A stretch of DNA of 64,000 nucleotides from Sulfuricurvum sp. (GTDB lineage Bacteria; Campylobacterota; Campylobacteria; Campylobacterales; Sulfurimonadaceae), in contig JAUYSQ010000068.1 of the NCBI GenBank assembly GCA_030696285.1, forward strand, positions 2,231-66,230. Reading direction: 5' to 3'. The position numbers and the translations under genes are program-made. How positions within the stretch are numbered: position 1 is the first letter of the stretch; every line of letters begins with the position of its first letter. Positions 37,825-49,655 of this stretch are shown here, in pieces. The notes below the pieces were generated by a model, which saw only the letters and a program-made list of their open reading frames with translations, searched no databases and was not told the DNA's origin.

Positions 37825-38642
37825 GCTGGCTTCTTACCCTTTTGGCCCCGATCTTGGGGGGATTCCTGTACGGCATTGAGCGAAAACTAACGGCTCGGAT
37901 GCAGTCGCGCAAAGGGCCCCCAATCCTGCAGCCGTTCTTTGATCTTTTTAAGCTGGCCGACAAACGGCCGATGGTAGTGCACTCCTACCACGCGTTTATG
38001 GGTATTATCCACTTTGTAGCAGCCTGGGTGGCTCTCTCCGTCTTGTTTTTCGGCGGAGACCTATTGGTAGCAATCTTTTTTCATCTCCTCTCCACCTCCC
38101 TTCTTATCGTTGCGGGATACTCGGTAAAATCGACCTACAGCCGCCTCGGCGCGACACGAGAACTGATCGCGATCGCCGCATTGGAGCCGATACTGATACT
38201 GACCGCCATTTCTTTTTACCTCCATACGGGAAGTTTTGAGGTTTCGAAGATACTAACTGCCCCCACTTCGATTTTCACTTCTGTTTTAGGATTTTTAGCG
38301 CTTCTCATTGCCCTGCCTGGACTTCTCAAAAAATCTCCGTTTGACGCGGCTGAAGCACATCAGGAGATCGTCGGCGGAGTCGAGATAGAGTTTTCGGGAT
38401 TTTTTTACGATACGGTGTATGCGGCCAAATGGCTTGATATGCTCTTCGTCTTTACCCTCGTATTTTTGTTCGGCGGAAGCAGTTTTGTCGTGGGGGGAGC
38501 ACTGGCCGTATTCGCCTTTTTCGTCGTCCTCCTTGCGGATAATTCGACTGCGAGGGTGCGCTACTGTGACATGGTTCGTCTCCTCTACTCGCTCGCTTTC
38601 GTCCTCGCAGGTGCAAATATCATTTTGGGGGTAGTCTTATGA
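37821..38642 (+). CDS. echB: Ech-type hydrogenase membrane subunit (EchB; NuoH-like)
   Basis: ERKLTARMQSRKGPPILQPFFDLFKL, KSPFDAAEAHQEIVGG..IEFSG. Confidence 0.88.
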   Translation: MSWLLTLLAPILGGFLYGIERKLTARMQSRKGPPILQPFFDLFKLADKRPMVVHSYHAFMGIIHFVAAWVALSVLFFGGDLLVAIFFHLLSTSLLIVAGYSVKSTYSRLGATRELIAIAALEPILILTAISFYLHTGSFEVSKILTAPTSIFTSVLGFLALLIALPGLLKKSPFDAAEAHQEIVGGVEIEFSGFFYDTVYAAKWLDMLFVFTLVFLFGGSSFVVGGALAVFAFFVVLLADNSTARVRYCDMVRLLYSLAFVLAGANIILGVVL

Positions 38643-39157
38643 TACAAGAGTTCTTAAAAAAATTCCGCAAAAAATCGCCGTGGCTGCTTCACTACAATGC
38701 CGGCAGCTGCAACGGCTGCGACATCGAAATTTTGGCCTGCCTCGCTCCAAAATACGATCTTGAGCGACTCGGGGTCAGAAATACGGGTAATCCGAAACAA
38801 TCCGATATTTTCCTCGTCACCGGACCCGTAACGATGAGAAGCCGAGAGAGGCTAGTGGAGCTCTACACACAGATGCCTGAGCCAAAAGTCGTGGTAGCGT
38901 GCGGCTCCTGCACCTGCACCGGCGGTGTATTTCGGGGAATGTACAACGCCGAAGACGGAATCGACCGCTATATCCCCGTAGATGTCTACATCGGCGGATG
39001 TGCCCCGCACCCTGAGCAGATTATTGACGGAATAGTCAAAGCATTGGAGATACTGGAAACAAAAACAAAAGAGATCGAACAACCCAAAAAGCTCATGGGG
39101 AAAATAACCGAAAACGACGGGCAAACCGATAAAACGAAGATGGCAGGGTCACTATGA
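38639..39157 (+). CDS. echC: Ech-type hydrogenase small subunit (EchC; NuoB-like)
   Basis: GSCNGCDIE, GSCTCTGG, YIGGCAPHPE. Confidence 0.9.
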   Translation: MIQEFLKKFRKKSPWLLHYNAGSCNGCDIEILACLAPKYDLERLGVRNTGNPKQSDIFLVTGPVTMRSRERLVELYTQMPEPKVVVACGSCTCTGGVFRGMYNAEDGIDRYIPVDVYIGGCAPHPEQIIDGIVKALEILETKTKEIEQPKKLMGKITENDGQTDKTKMAGSL

Positions 39158-39501
39158 AAACGACAAAAGAGCTGGTAACGCTGCACGAGATCAGAGGCGC
39201 CATCGAGGGATTTTATGACCCGCAAATATGGCATTTTGTCTGTATCAACGGACTTTTTGAGAATGACGAGTTAGAAATCCAATGGTGTTTCGCCAAGATC
39301 GGCGTAAAAGACGAATGGAAAGTCTTTTACGCCAAAGCCCCCGGTGATGCGCTCCTCCCCAGCCTTGCCGACATCATGCCGACCGCGCGGATGTACGAGG
39401 GGGAACTGCGTGATCTACTGGACGCGAATTTTGAAAACTCGGTCAAAGGGATGTTTATCGAGCTTGACGGCCTTGAAGCTCCGCTAAGGATCAAACGATG
39501 A
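39154..39501 (+). CDS. echD: Ech-type hydrogenase subunit D (NuoC-like)
   Basis: LPSLADIMPTARMYEGELRDLLDANF, a NuoC-like motif; ATGA overlaps on both sides. Confidence 0.8.
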   Translation: MKTTKELVTLHEIRGAIEGFYDPQIWHFVCINGLFENDELEIQWCFAKIGVKDEWKVFYAKAPGDALLPSLADIMPTARMYEGELRDLLDANFENSVKGMFIELDGLEAPLRIKR

Positions 39502-40583
39502 AAAAAACGATACACATACCGATTGGGAGCCAGCATATTTCTCTATTAGAGCCGGTTCGCTTTAGCTTCGAGTGCGAAAACGAAACGATTATAAAGGTGG
39601 AAGCGGATGTCGGATACGTCCACCGAGGAGTAGAACTTGCCTGTACGACGAAGTTTAAATTCAAGCAGGTCGGCTATGTCGTCGCACGGGTCTGCGGCCT
39701 GTGCGCAATCGTACACTCCACCTGCTACACCCTCGGAATCGAAGAGCTCATGGGGATAGAGGTACCCAAACGGGCCTCCTATCTTCGCCTGATTGCAAAC
39801 GAACTCGACCGTATCCATTCCCATCTCCTTTGCCTCTCCCACACCGCTGAAAATGCAGGTTATGAAGCTCTTTTTATGCGCATTATGAAAGACAGAGAGC
39901 TTGTCATGGAGGTGCAGGAAGCGATGACGGGCAACCGCATCCAATTCGACTATGTCTCCATCGGCGGCGTCAACAAAGATATGAACTCCGAGTTGGAAGG
40001 AGTTATCCGGAACAAACTGGGGCTTTTACACCAAAAAGTAGCTGAGATCAAAGAGCTCTTCGACAACAACTGGAGCCTCTCCCTCAAATACAAAAACGTC
40101 GGCGTCATAACCAAAGAGATGGCCTACCGATCTTCCCTTCTAGGCCCTATTGCCAGAGCCAGCGGGGTAAATTTTGACGTCCGAAACGACAGTGACTACC
40201 TCCCCTACTCGGAACTCGGATTTAAAAGCATAACGATGGAAGGGGGTGACATACACTCCCGGAATATGGTGCGTCTATTTGAACTATTTGAAAGCATCCG
40301 ACTCATTGAAACGGCGCTTGATGGGATGCCAGAGGGGGAAATCGCCGCAAAAGTACGGGGAACGCCGGAGGGGGAGAGCTACATGAGGGTCGAGGCACCC
40401 AGAGGGGAATGCTTTTACTATCTCAAAGCCTCCAAAGGGCAGTATCTCGACAGAGTCCGTATCAAAACCCCGACCTTCGGTTCGGTACCCGGCATGATCG
40501 AGGCGCTCAAGGGGTCGAACTACGCCGACGTTCCCGCCATCATCGCCTCGTTCGACCCCTGTCTATCCTGTACGGCGAGGTAA
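39498..40583 (+). CDS. echE: Ech-type (group 4) [NiFe]-hydrogenase large subunit
   Basis: GYVHRGVE, L1 RVCGLC, L2 DPCLSCTAR ending at the stop; Ni-binding cysteines are intact, so this is not NuoD. Confidence 0.93.
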   Translation: MKKTIHIPIGSQHISLLEPVRFSFECENETIIKVEADVGYVHRGVELACTTKFKFKQVGYVVARVCGLCAIVHSTCYTLGIEELMGIEVPKRASYLRLIANELDRIHSHLLCLSHTAENAGYEALFMRIMKDRELVMEVQEAMTGNRIQFDYVSIGGVNKDMNSELEGVIRNKLGLLHQKVAEIKELFDNNWSLSLKYKNVGVITKEMAYRSSLLGPIARASGVNFDVRNDSDYLPYSELGFKSITMEGGDIHSRNMVRLFELFESIRLIETALDGMPEGEIAAKVRGTPEGESYMRVEAPRGECFYYLKASKGQYLDRVRIKTPTFGSVPGMIEALKGSNYADVPAIIASFDPCLSCTAR

Positions 40584-40586
40584 AAA

Positions 40587-41009
40587 ATGTTAAAAGCAGC
40601 CTTTAACGCCCTGAAAAACCTCTTCAGCACCCCCGCCACGATCGATTACCCCTTCGAAAAATCGCCCAAGAACAAAGAGGCGAGAGGGCTGATCCTCTTT
40701 GAAGAACCCAAATGCATCTGGTGCCTGAAATGCGAGGATGTCTGCCCTCCCGGTGCAATACGGTTTACACAAGACAGAGAGAGTTTCGATTATACGTATC
40801 ACTACAACCCCTACCTCTGCATCTATTGCTCCGAATGCGTCAGAGCATGTCCTGACTCAGCTGTAGCCCTCAGCCAGTGCAATGAACTATCCCCCCCAAC
40901 GGATGATAAAAATATGAATGACAACTGGTTTAAGATAGAAAAAGAGGCTGAAGAGTCCAAAATAGCGGTAAAAGAGCTCAAAAAAATAAAAAAAGAGGAA
41001 AGTTCCTAA
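40587..41009 (+). CDS. echF: Ech-type hydrogenase 2x[4Fe-4S] subunit (EchF; NuoI-like)
   Basis: CIWCLKCEDVCP and CIYCSECVRACP. Confidence 0.9.
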   Translation: MLKAAFNALKNLFSTPATIDYPFEKSPKNKEARGLILFEEPKCIWCLKCEDVCPPGAIRFTQDRESFDYTYHYNPYLCIYCSECVRACPDSAVALSQCNELSPPTDDKNMNDNWFKIEKEAEESKIAVKELKKIKKEESS

Positions 41010-41088
41010 AATTTTACATTTTTGTCTCTCCCTTCTCGCATGGCCTCATAATCCGACAAATAAGACTAAATCCCTCCCATTTACTTCA

Positions 41089-41103
41089 AGAACGCTAAAT
41101 GCA
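41089..41103 (+). promoter_or_regulatory. nif motif variant AGAAC-N5-ATGCA
   Basis: AGAACgctaaATGCA, 34 nt before the TTG start at 41138. Confidence 0.55.
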
Positions 41104-41137
41104 TTTACTACTCCAATACGTCATAAAGGAGTCCGTT

Positions 41138-41653
41138 TTGCAGATAATCTACAATACATCCACGCTGTATCTTGAAGATATGCCGCTCGATGTCGGTTAT
41201 GCCTCTGAAAAGGTGACACTCAAAAATCACTCCAATGAGACTTTTAGTATCGGCGGTCAAAACGGCTTTACACAGCTCATACTTTCGGCTCCTTTTATTA
41301 ATAATGAGTTTCTCACCCAACTCGAAGAGATTGATACCTTGCTAAGCCTCAATGCATTGCAAGGTATCAGTAAAGCCCTTGTCGTTGCCAGTGCTCAACA
41401 CACCAATCCCCAGATGGAGGGATGGCAGTTTGGAATCGATACCGACGAGGCTTTCGGAGATTACTACGGTACGCGCATTGCCAAAGGAGAACTGGGAGGA
41501 GAGTTTGCCAAAGGACTCTTCATCGTTTCAAAAGACGGCGCACTGTTTTACAATGAAATACTGGATGATCTAAATAAGCCTTATTCACTCGAAAAAGCAC
41601 TACCAAAAATCGCTGCGGCGATGAACTGTTATACCGGAAAAGGATGCCACTAA
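41138..41653 (+). CDS. Thiol-peroxidase (Tpx)-fold protein lacking the peroxidatic Cys
   Basis: C-terminal half FGDYYG..I..G.LGG..AKGLFIVSKDG..FY.EI resembles Tpx; start TTG 41138 after AAGGAG. Confidence 0.6.
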   Translation: MQIIYNTSTLYLEDMPLDVGYASEKVTLKNHSNETFSIGGQNGFTQLILSAPFINNEFLTQLEEIDTLLSLNALQGISKALVVASAQHTNPQMEGWQFGIDTDEAFGDYYGTRIAKGELGGEFAKGLFIVSKDGALFYNEILDDLNKPYSLEKALPKIAAAMNCYTGKGCH

Positions 41654-42483
41654 TGGACACAAAAATCGAAACAATCAAAAAAGAATTACGCAATCAAACC
41701 ACTATCCCCTACTTCGGATTGGGTGTATTTGAGGGGATCATGACAAAAGAGGGTGAGGCAGTGCCTCATAACAGTGATTCTCTGATTTTGGCGATGAATG
41801 GCGGTCGTGCTATGGCACCCCGACTTATGTTTGAATACTCACGTGCCGCGATGCATCTCGAACAACGCCGAGGTGTAGAGTACATGACACAGCTCCTCAA
41901 CCATATTTATACCAAACCATTCGAGCCGACACCGTTGCACAAAGCGATTATTGACATGTTGCCTCGCTACATCGTTGATACGAACCGTGACACGAAGTTT
42001 CAAGAACTTTTGGCATTTACGCCGCACTGTCTTATCATCGGTAAATCACGCATCATGGGTGATCTCAACCGCTATGAAACGTACGAATACGATGTCGAAA
42101 ACCAAAAGTATTTTCTCGTAGACGATGAGGTGCTGGATAATGCCAAAAAAATCCTCTTTAAACCGATGGGCTCACCATTACCCAATCCGACCTTTGTTAT
42201 TTCCGATGCCGATTACGTCGATTGGCTTACCGAAGCCATGGGAGGATTTGCCGTGCCAAAAGTGCTAAAAACCTACCGTAAAGCGAAAAAATACCTCTTT
42301 TTAGGGACATCCTTCGGTCACGATACCGATCGTATGGTTGCCAACGAGTTGAGCTTTGATTTGGAGGGGGGATACGTCATCACCGATCAAGAGCTGGGGA
42401 AAAAAGAGAAAAAGTTCATCGAAAAACACAATATTGAAGTGATACCGATGTCGCTTCAAGAATTTATTCAAGCATTTGTATAA
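41653..42483 (+). CDS. SIR2-like domain protein (nif-associated type)
   Basis: IPYFGLGV, IVDTN.D, LFKPMGS, FVISDADY, YLFLG.SF; TAATG coupling to the upstream gene. Confidence 0.7.
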   Translation: MDTKIETIKKELRNQTTIPYFGLGVFEGIMTKEGEAVPHNSDSLILAMNGGRAMAPRLMFEYSRAAMHLEQRRGVEYMTQLLNHIYTKPFEPTPLHKAIIDMLPRYIVDTNRDTKFQELLAFTPHCLIIGKSRIMGDLNRYETYEYDVENQKYFLVDDEVLDNAKKILFKPMGSPLPNPTFVISDADYVDWLTEAMGGFAVPKVLKTYRKAKKYLFLGTSFGHDTDRMVANELSFDLEGGYVITDQELGKKEKKFIEKHNIEVIPMSLQEFIQAFV

Positions 42484-42495
42484 AAGGAACTAGTC

Positions 42496-43088
42496 ATGCC
42501 AATAATACCAACTGTTAAAGATGTTTCGCCTCGCGGGGAGCGTTATTTTGATCTGTTTTCCAAACTTTTAGGCGATCGTGTCATCGTGATTACTGAAGCG
42601 ATTGATGATCACATGATGGGGATTATCGTCTCTCAGCTGCTGTATCTAGAAGCGATGGATTCCGAAGAGCCGATTCATATTTACATCAGCTCACCGGGGG
42701 GTTCGGTCATGAGCGGTTTAGCCATATTAGATACTATGAATCTCATCAATGCACCGGTTCATACCTATGCTATGGGGATGGTCGCATCGATGGCAGCCGT
42801 GCTGTTTACCTGCGGAGAAAAAGGGCATCGTTACATGCTCCCCAATGCGGAAGTGATGATTCATCAACCGCTGGGCGGCTACTCAGGTCAGGCAAGTGAC
42901 ATCGAGATTCATACAAAACATATCCTCAATCTCAAACGCCGTTTGTATGCCATCCTCGCCGATGCAACCGGTAAAAGTGCCAAAATTATTGAAAAAGAGT
43001 CCGACCGTGACAACTACATGGAAGCCAAAGAAGCGATCGAGTTTGGTTTGGCGGATACGATTTTGACTAAATTCAGTGCAAAGGATGT

Positions 43089-43092
<4 letters not shown>
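42496..43092 (+). CDS. clpP: ATP-dependent Clp protease proteolytic subunit
   Basis: YISSPGGSV..GLAI, ASM (Ser), IHQPLGG (His), DRD (Asp). Confidence 0.95.
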
Positions 43093-45496
<2,404 letters not shown>

Positions 45497-45554
45497 GACC
45501 ATTTTCCCTTTTCAATGTGTTATCATTCTGCGATATACCTACTAAAGGGTTTTA

Positions 45555-46436
45555 ATGAGTCTATCGCAAAATGACGTTTTGTTTATAAATGAAGATAATG
45601 TATGCAGCAAGCTTTTCCAGTCAGCCATTGATACGCAAAATAATTTAATTGTTTTACTGCACCGTAATGTCCCTATTCTTTTCAATAAAGCTTTCCAAAA
45701 TTTCACTAACCTTCCCACCGTCAAAGAGTTTCTCCGTGAATTCGGCTCGCTTTCGAACCGTTTTGTTCCCCATGATGCCTATTTTCATGCTGGAAAAGCT
45801 GAAAATCCGAACGAGTGGACAACTGCACTTGAGGCTCTGCCCGAGTCAGACCGAATCGTTAGTATGATTAATTTCCGTGCCGAACCGTATGCCTTCTCTG
45901 TTACTATCGACACACCTGTAGAGGAGTATACCATTGTCTCATTTACCGATATCTCTCAAGATCTTATCAAGAGGATCATGATCGAAAATGATGTGAGTAT
46001 TGACAAAGAGAGCGGTGCTTACAATCAAGATTATTTTATTCATACGGCAAAAAGCTTTCAAAATGCGGCAGAATTCAATGAAAAAGCGATCGGAATTACA
46101 GTGATCGAACTGATGTCCTCTGATGTTGATGCGGATAAATACCTACGTGACTTTACCTCAAGTATCAAATGTAACATCCGCCAAAGCGATATGCTCGTTC
46201 GCTGGGGGAAAAAGATTTTTTTATTGGCGTATCTCATTGATACCCCAGATAATGCCATGAAATTCAGCCGAAAACTCATGACCGTTATGAAAGAAGAGCC
46301 TTTTGAGAGTCTAAATACGATCAGTATGCGTCTAGGATCAACCGTTCAAAACCATAAAGAAACTATCACGACTATCATTACGCGTGCAGAAACCGCTCTG
46401 AAACAATCCGACAGCTCGCAGATAACCCTGCTCTAG
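45555..46436 (+). CDS. PAS-like plus degenerate GGDEF domain protein
   Basis: GAYNQDYF, IRQSDMLVRWGKKIFLL, in which GGDEF is replaced by GKKIF. Confidence 0.6.
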   Translation: MSLSQNDVLFINEDNVCSKLFQSAIDTQNNLIVLLHRNVPILFNKAFQNFTNLPTVKEFLREFGSLSNRFVPHDAYFHAGKAENPNEWTTALEALPESDRIVSMINFRAEPYAFSVTIDTPVEEYTIVSFTDISQDLIKRIMIENDVSIDKESGAYNQDYFIHTAKSFQNAAEFNEKAIGITVIELMSSDVDADKYLRDFTSSIKCNIRQSDMLVRWGKKIFLLAYLIDTPDNAMKFSRKLMTVMKEEPFESLNTISMRLGSTVQNHKETITTIITRAETALKQSDSSQITLL

Positions 46437-46456
46437 CCTATGCGATAGATCAGCAT

Positions 46457-47770
46457 TTAAGGAACGGTTAACGCTTTACGTAAATTATTACTCTTCCGAT
46501 CCCCTAACGGCTCCAAATGGTAACGCCATTCTATGAGTCGCAAAATCGAGGTCGTATCGTAGTCGGTATGATCCACAAATCCTTTTTTTGCATAGGGTGA
46601 GATAATAATCGCCGGTATCCGTGTTCCCGGTCCCCATCGATCAACAACAGGCGGGGCAACATGATCCCATAATCCCCCATTTTCATCATACGTGACGATA
46701 ATCACCGATTTTTCCCACACTTCGCTTTGCGTACGTACCGCTTCGACGATCTGATACAGTTTATCATCCGCCGCTTTGATGCTCGCGTATCCGGGATGCT
46801 GATTATCTTGCGCCGAAGGTTTGAAAAAGACGACATTCGGGAGATTACCGCTTTTAAGTTCCCTGAAAAACTCTTTTTCATCTTTGAGATTTTTACGCCC
46901 TTCGGTTCCCGGAGCATACTTAGCGAAATACAAAAACGGATTGTGGTGGTACTGGTAGTGAATTTCATCGCCGTGTCCTGCATCTGCTTCATCGTATCCG
47001 CCGCTATACCAACTCCATGAGACATTTTTGTCACTCAGCCGATCACCGATTGACTCGTATTCAAGCGGTTTTAGTCGCATTAGAGGATCAGAATATTTGG
47101 CTTTATACGGCGGATTATAAGGCTGTATTGTATTAACGGCATATCCGTCCGGGGTGAGAATACCATCTTTTAGCACTTCAGAGTTTGCATTTAACTCATA
47201 GCGTGAAATATTAGACTCCATCCCGACATACGGTGTACGCGCCGCAATAAGCCATTGATGGTTCAAAAATGATCCCCCAAATGCCGAAGCAAAAAAACGA
47301 TCACACAGGGTATATTCACTGGCATATTTCCATAATGCGCTTGTACGAATATCGTGATACCCCATTGTCAATCCTTTTTCATCGCTGATATCAACAAATC
47401 GATCGTTTCTCCCGCCATTGATCTGAAGCTGATTTTGATAAAACCGATGGAGCATATCGGGGATTATCCCCTCTTGTGAAACGGTGGAATCGAGTAAAAA
47501 CGGCTTGTTTTCTATTTCCATCGGAAATCCCGCTTTGATCGCCTCTTCTCCCATCGGAAGAGATTGATACACCGTTGTGTTGGTATCGACTTGCAAAGCA
47601 TAAGGTTGAAGGGGTTTATCCGATGTATCCGCCCCTTCAAATCCGCGAAAAAGATTGTCGAAACTGCGGTTTTCGAGATAGATAATGATAATATGGTCGA
47701 TTTTAGAGCGTAAGTCTGCCCCATACAAAGAGAGCCCAAGGAGAAGAAAGAGGATAATTTTTTTCATCAT
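46457..47770 (-). CDS. Secreted acid phosphatase / phosphoesterase (AcpA, phospholipase C family)
   Basis: Signal peptide, IYLENRSFDN, HRFYQNQLQINGG.ND.F, TYDENGG.WDHVAPP, GPGTRIP. Confidence 0.9.
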   Translation of the reverse strand: MMKKIILFLLLGLSLYGADLRSKIDHIIIIYLENRSFDNLFRGFEGADTSDKPLQPYALQVDTNTTVYQSLPMGEEAIKAGFPMEIENKPFLLDSTVSQEGIIPDMLHRFYQNQLQINGGRNDRFVDISDEKGLTMGYHDIRTSALWKYASEYTLCDRFFASAFGGSFLNHQWLIAARTPYVGMESNISRYELNANSEVLKDGILTPDGYAVNTIQPYNPPYKAKYSDPLMRLKPLEYESIGDRLSDKNVSWSWYSGGYDEADAGHGDEIHYQYHHNPFLYFAKYAPGTEGRKNLKDEKEFFRELKSGNLPNVVFFKPSAQDNQHPGYASIKAADDKLYQIVEAVRTQSEVWEKSVIIVTYDENGGLWDHVAPPVVDRWGPGTRIPAIIISPYAKKGFVDHTDYDTTSILRLIEWRYHLEPLGDRKSNNLRKALTVP

Positions 47771-47889
47771 ATTTTCTTTTTTATTGAAAGTATACCCCGA
47801 AATATGTACGCTTCTGTTACGATAAACAATCTTTAATCCTTACACCAAAGACCTGCTATAATTGCACCACTTTTACCAAAGATACTTGA

Positions 47890-48804
47890 ATGAACCTAGA
47901 CGATTTACAACAACTCTTAATGACCAACGTACACGACACAACCGAAGAGTATACCCGTCTCTTTCACGGGCGCGGTAATGCGTATGATGGATATAGATTC
48001 CTCACAGTAGACAGTGTGGACAAGGTTCTTTTTGCTGTTTTATTTGATGCCAACGAGGAGGAAGAAGAAATTTTCACTCTGTTGCAAAAATTCTATACTA
48101 CCGAAGCAAAATGGGAGGCATTGGTCATCCAACAACGCTACCTCCCCTCATCACCCTCTACAGTGGTCGCAGGCGAACTCCCGTCAGAGAACTTTGCCAT
48201 CGAAAATGGACTCAAGTATCATATCAACTTCCTCAACGCTCAAAATATCGGCTTCTTCCCCGATATGAAAATCGGACGGGAATTTATCCGAACACAGGCA
48301 AAAGACAAAAAAGTTTTAAACCTCTTCTCCTACACCTGCTCATTTTCCGTTGTCGCAATCGAGGTGGGAGCACAGTCGGTCGTAAATGTCGATATGAACA
48401 AAAATGTCCTCTCCATCGGACGGGAGAACCACCGCCTCAACGGACTCAATACGAAAAAAGTGGAGTTTATGCCCTACAACATCCTAAAATCGTGGAGCCG
48501 TATCCGAAAAGCGGGACCGTATGATCTGATCATCATCGATCCCCCCAGTTTTCAAAAAGGGTCATTTGCGGCGACGAATGACTACGAGAAAATCATCCGT
48601 AGACTCCACGAATTCGCAGCGCAGGAGTGTATGGTTTTGTCAGCGCTCAATGCTCCCGAACTGGGAACTGAGTTTATCAAAGCACTCTTTCGCGAAAATG
48701 CCCCTGAGTTTCAGTATGTCGAGAGGCTGAAAAATTTGGGGAGCTTCCCGGAAAATGATGAAGAACGAAGTCTTAAAAACCTAATTTTTAAAAGAGAAAT
48801 CTAA
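47890..48804 (+). CDS. Class I SAM-dependent methyltransferase (RlmI/RlmK-like)
   Basis: GFFPDM, VLNLFSYTCSFSV.A, DLIIIDPPSF. Confidence 0.85.
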   Translation: MNLDDLQQLLMTNVHDTTEEYTRLFHGRGNAYDGYRFLTVDSVDKVLFAVLFDANEEEEEIFTLLQKFYTTEAKWEALVIQQRYLPSSPSTVVAGELPSENFAIENGLKYHINFLNAQNIGFFPDMKIGREFIRTQAKDKKVLNLFSYTCSFSVVAIEVGAQSVVNVDMNKNVLSIGRENHRLNGLNTKKVEFMPYNILKSWSRIRKAGPYDLIIIDPPSFQKGSFAATNDYEKIIRRLHEFAAQECMVLSALNAPELGTEFIKALFRENAPEFQYVERLKNLGSFPENDEERSLKNLIFKREI

Positions 48805-48809
48805 GTTAT

Positions 48810-49133
48810 TTACTTGAGACCATAACCACTTTTTGATATTTTTATTTTGGAAGCGTAGCGTCTTTTTCGCTCTGCCGTATAATCCCACCACACACGCGGT
48901 TCGCCGCCATCCATAAAATCGGTAATCGACATCAGCACATCGAGCATACACGGATCCTGAACCTCCCCGAATGCTTCGCAAAATCGGACGTACAGTTCAT
49001 AGGGATCTTGCCCAGCTAACTGCTCAGGAGTTACAATTCCAATTGATTTGAGATCAGCAGCAACCGTTTTGCCGATATTGGGTAGATCCGTGAGTTTGGA
49101 TACTTTCTCTCGGATCACTTTTACAGGATTCAT
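48810..49133 (-). CDS. Helix-hairpin-helix protein (mitomycin-resistance McrB/Cdd1-like)
   Basis: LTDLPNIGK..AADL..IGI, DP.ELY..FC, DPCMLDV, WWDYT.ERK. Confidence 0.75.
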   Translation of the reverse strand: MNPVKVIREKVSKLTDLPNIGKTVAADLKSIGIVTPEQLAGQDPYELYVRFCEAFGEVQDPCMLDVLMSITDFMDGGEPRVWWDYTAERKRRYASKIKISKSGYGLK

Positions 49134-49175
49134 CTCCCACTCCTCAAGGTTTTTTCATTTGGATATAATCATATC

Positions 49176-49655
49176 ATGCAACCGAATAATTTTTATGATA
49201 CTCTCATCATTAACACCCCAATCGGAAAAATGATCGCTGCTGCCGATGAGCATGGAATCGCCTCCCTCGATTTTATGGATGAAACAGTTGACCAAACTTC
49301 TTCTGAAAATCCTCTGTTAATCCGCTTAGAACAAGAATTAAACGAATACTTCGAGAAAAAACGGCAAACCTTCACCCTACCGCTCTCTCCGCATGGAACG
49401 GTGTTTCAAAAAGGGGTATGGGAGACCCTCCGTACCATCCCCTACGGCGAAACCGTCTCCTACGCTACAGAAGCCAAACGTTTCGGCAACCCCAAAGCCG
49501 TCCGCGCCGTCGCCAGTGCCAATGCCCGTAATCCCATTGCTATTCTCATCCCCTGCCATCGTGTCATCGCTACAGGCGGCGGGATCGGCGGATACAGCGG
49601 AGGAATTTGGAGAAAAGAGTTTTTATTAGATTTGGAAAAGATAAATCAAGCCTAA
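49176..49655 (+). CDS. ogt: Methylated-DNA--protein-cysteine methyltransferase
   Basis: GTVFQKGVW..L.TIPYGE..SY, RAVASA...NP..I.IPCHRV. Confidence 0.93.
   Translation: MQPNNFYDTLIINTPIGKMIAAADEHGIASLDFMDETVDQTSSENPLLIRLEQELNEYFEKKRQTFTLPLSPHGTVFQKGVWETLRTIPYGETVSYATEAKRFGNPKAVRAVASANARNPIAILIPCHRVIATGGGIGGYSGGIWRKEFLLDLEKINQA

Noticed and set aside
35986-41009. Operon as a partial respiratory complex I (nuo)
   Set aside because: The large subunit keeps both Ni-binding CxxC motifs (RVCGLC, DPCLSC), and the six-gene set matches Ech.
41653-42483. SIR2 gene as a Thoeris/DSR-type antiphage NADase
   Set aside because: It has host-like composition, is coupled inside a nif-motif operon and has no defence partners next to it.
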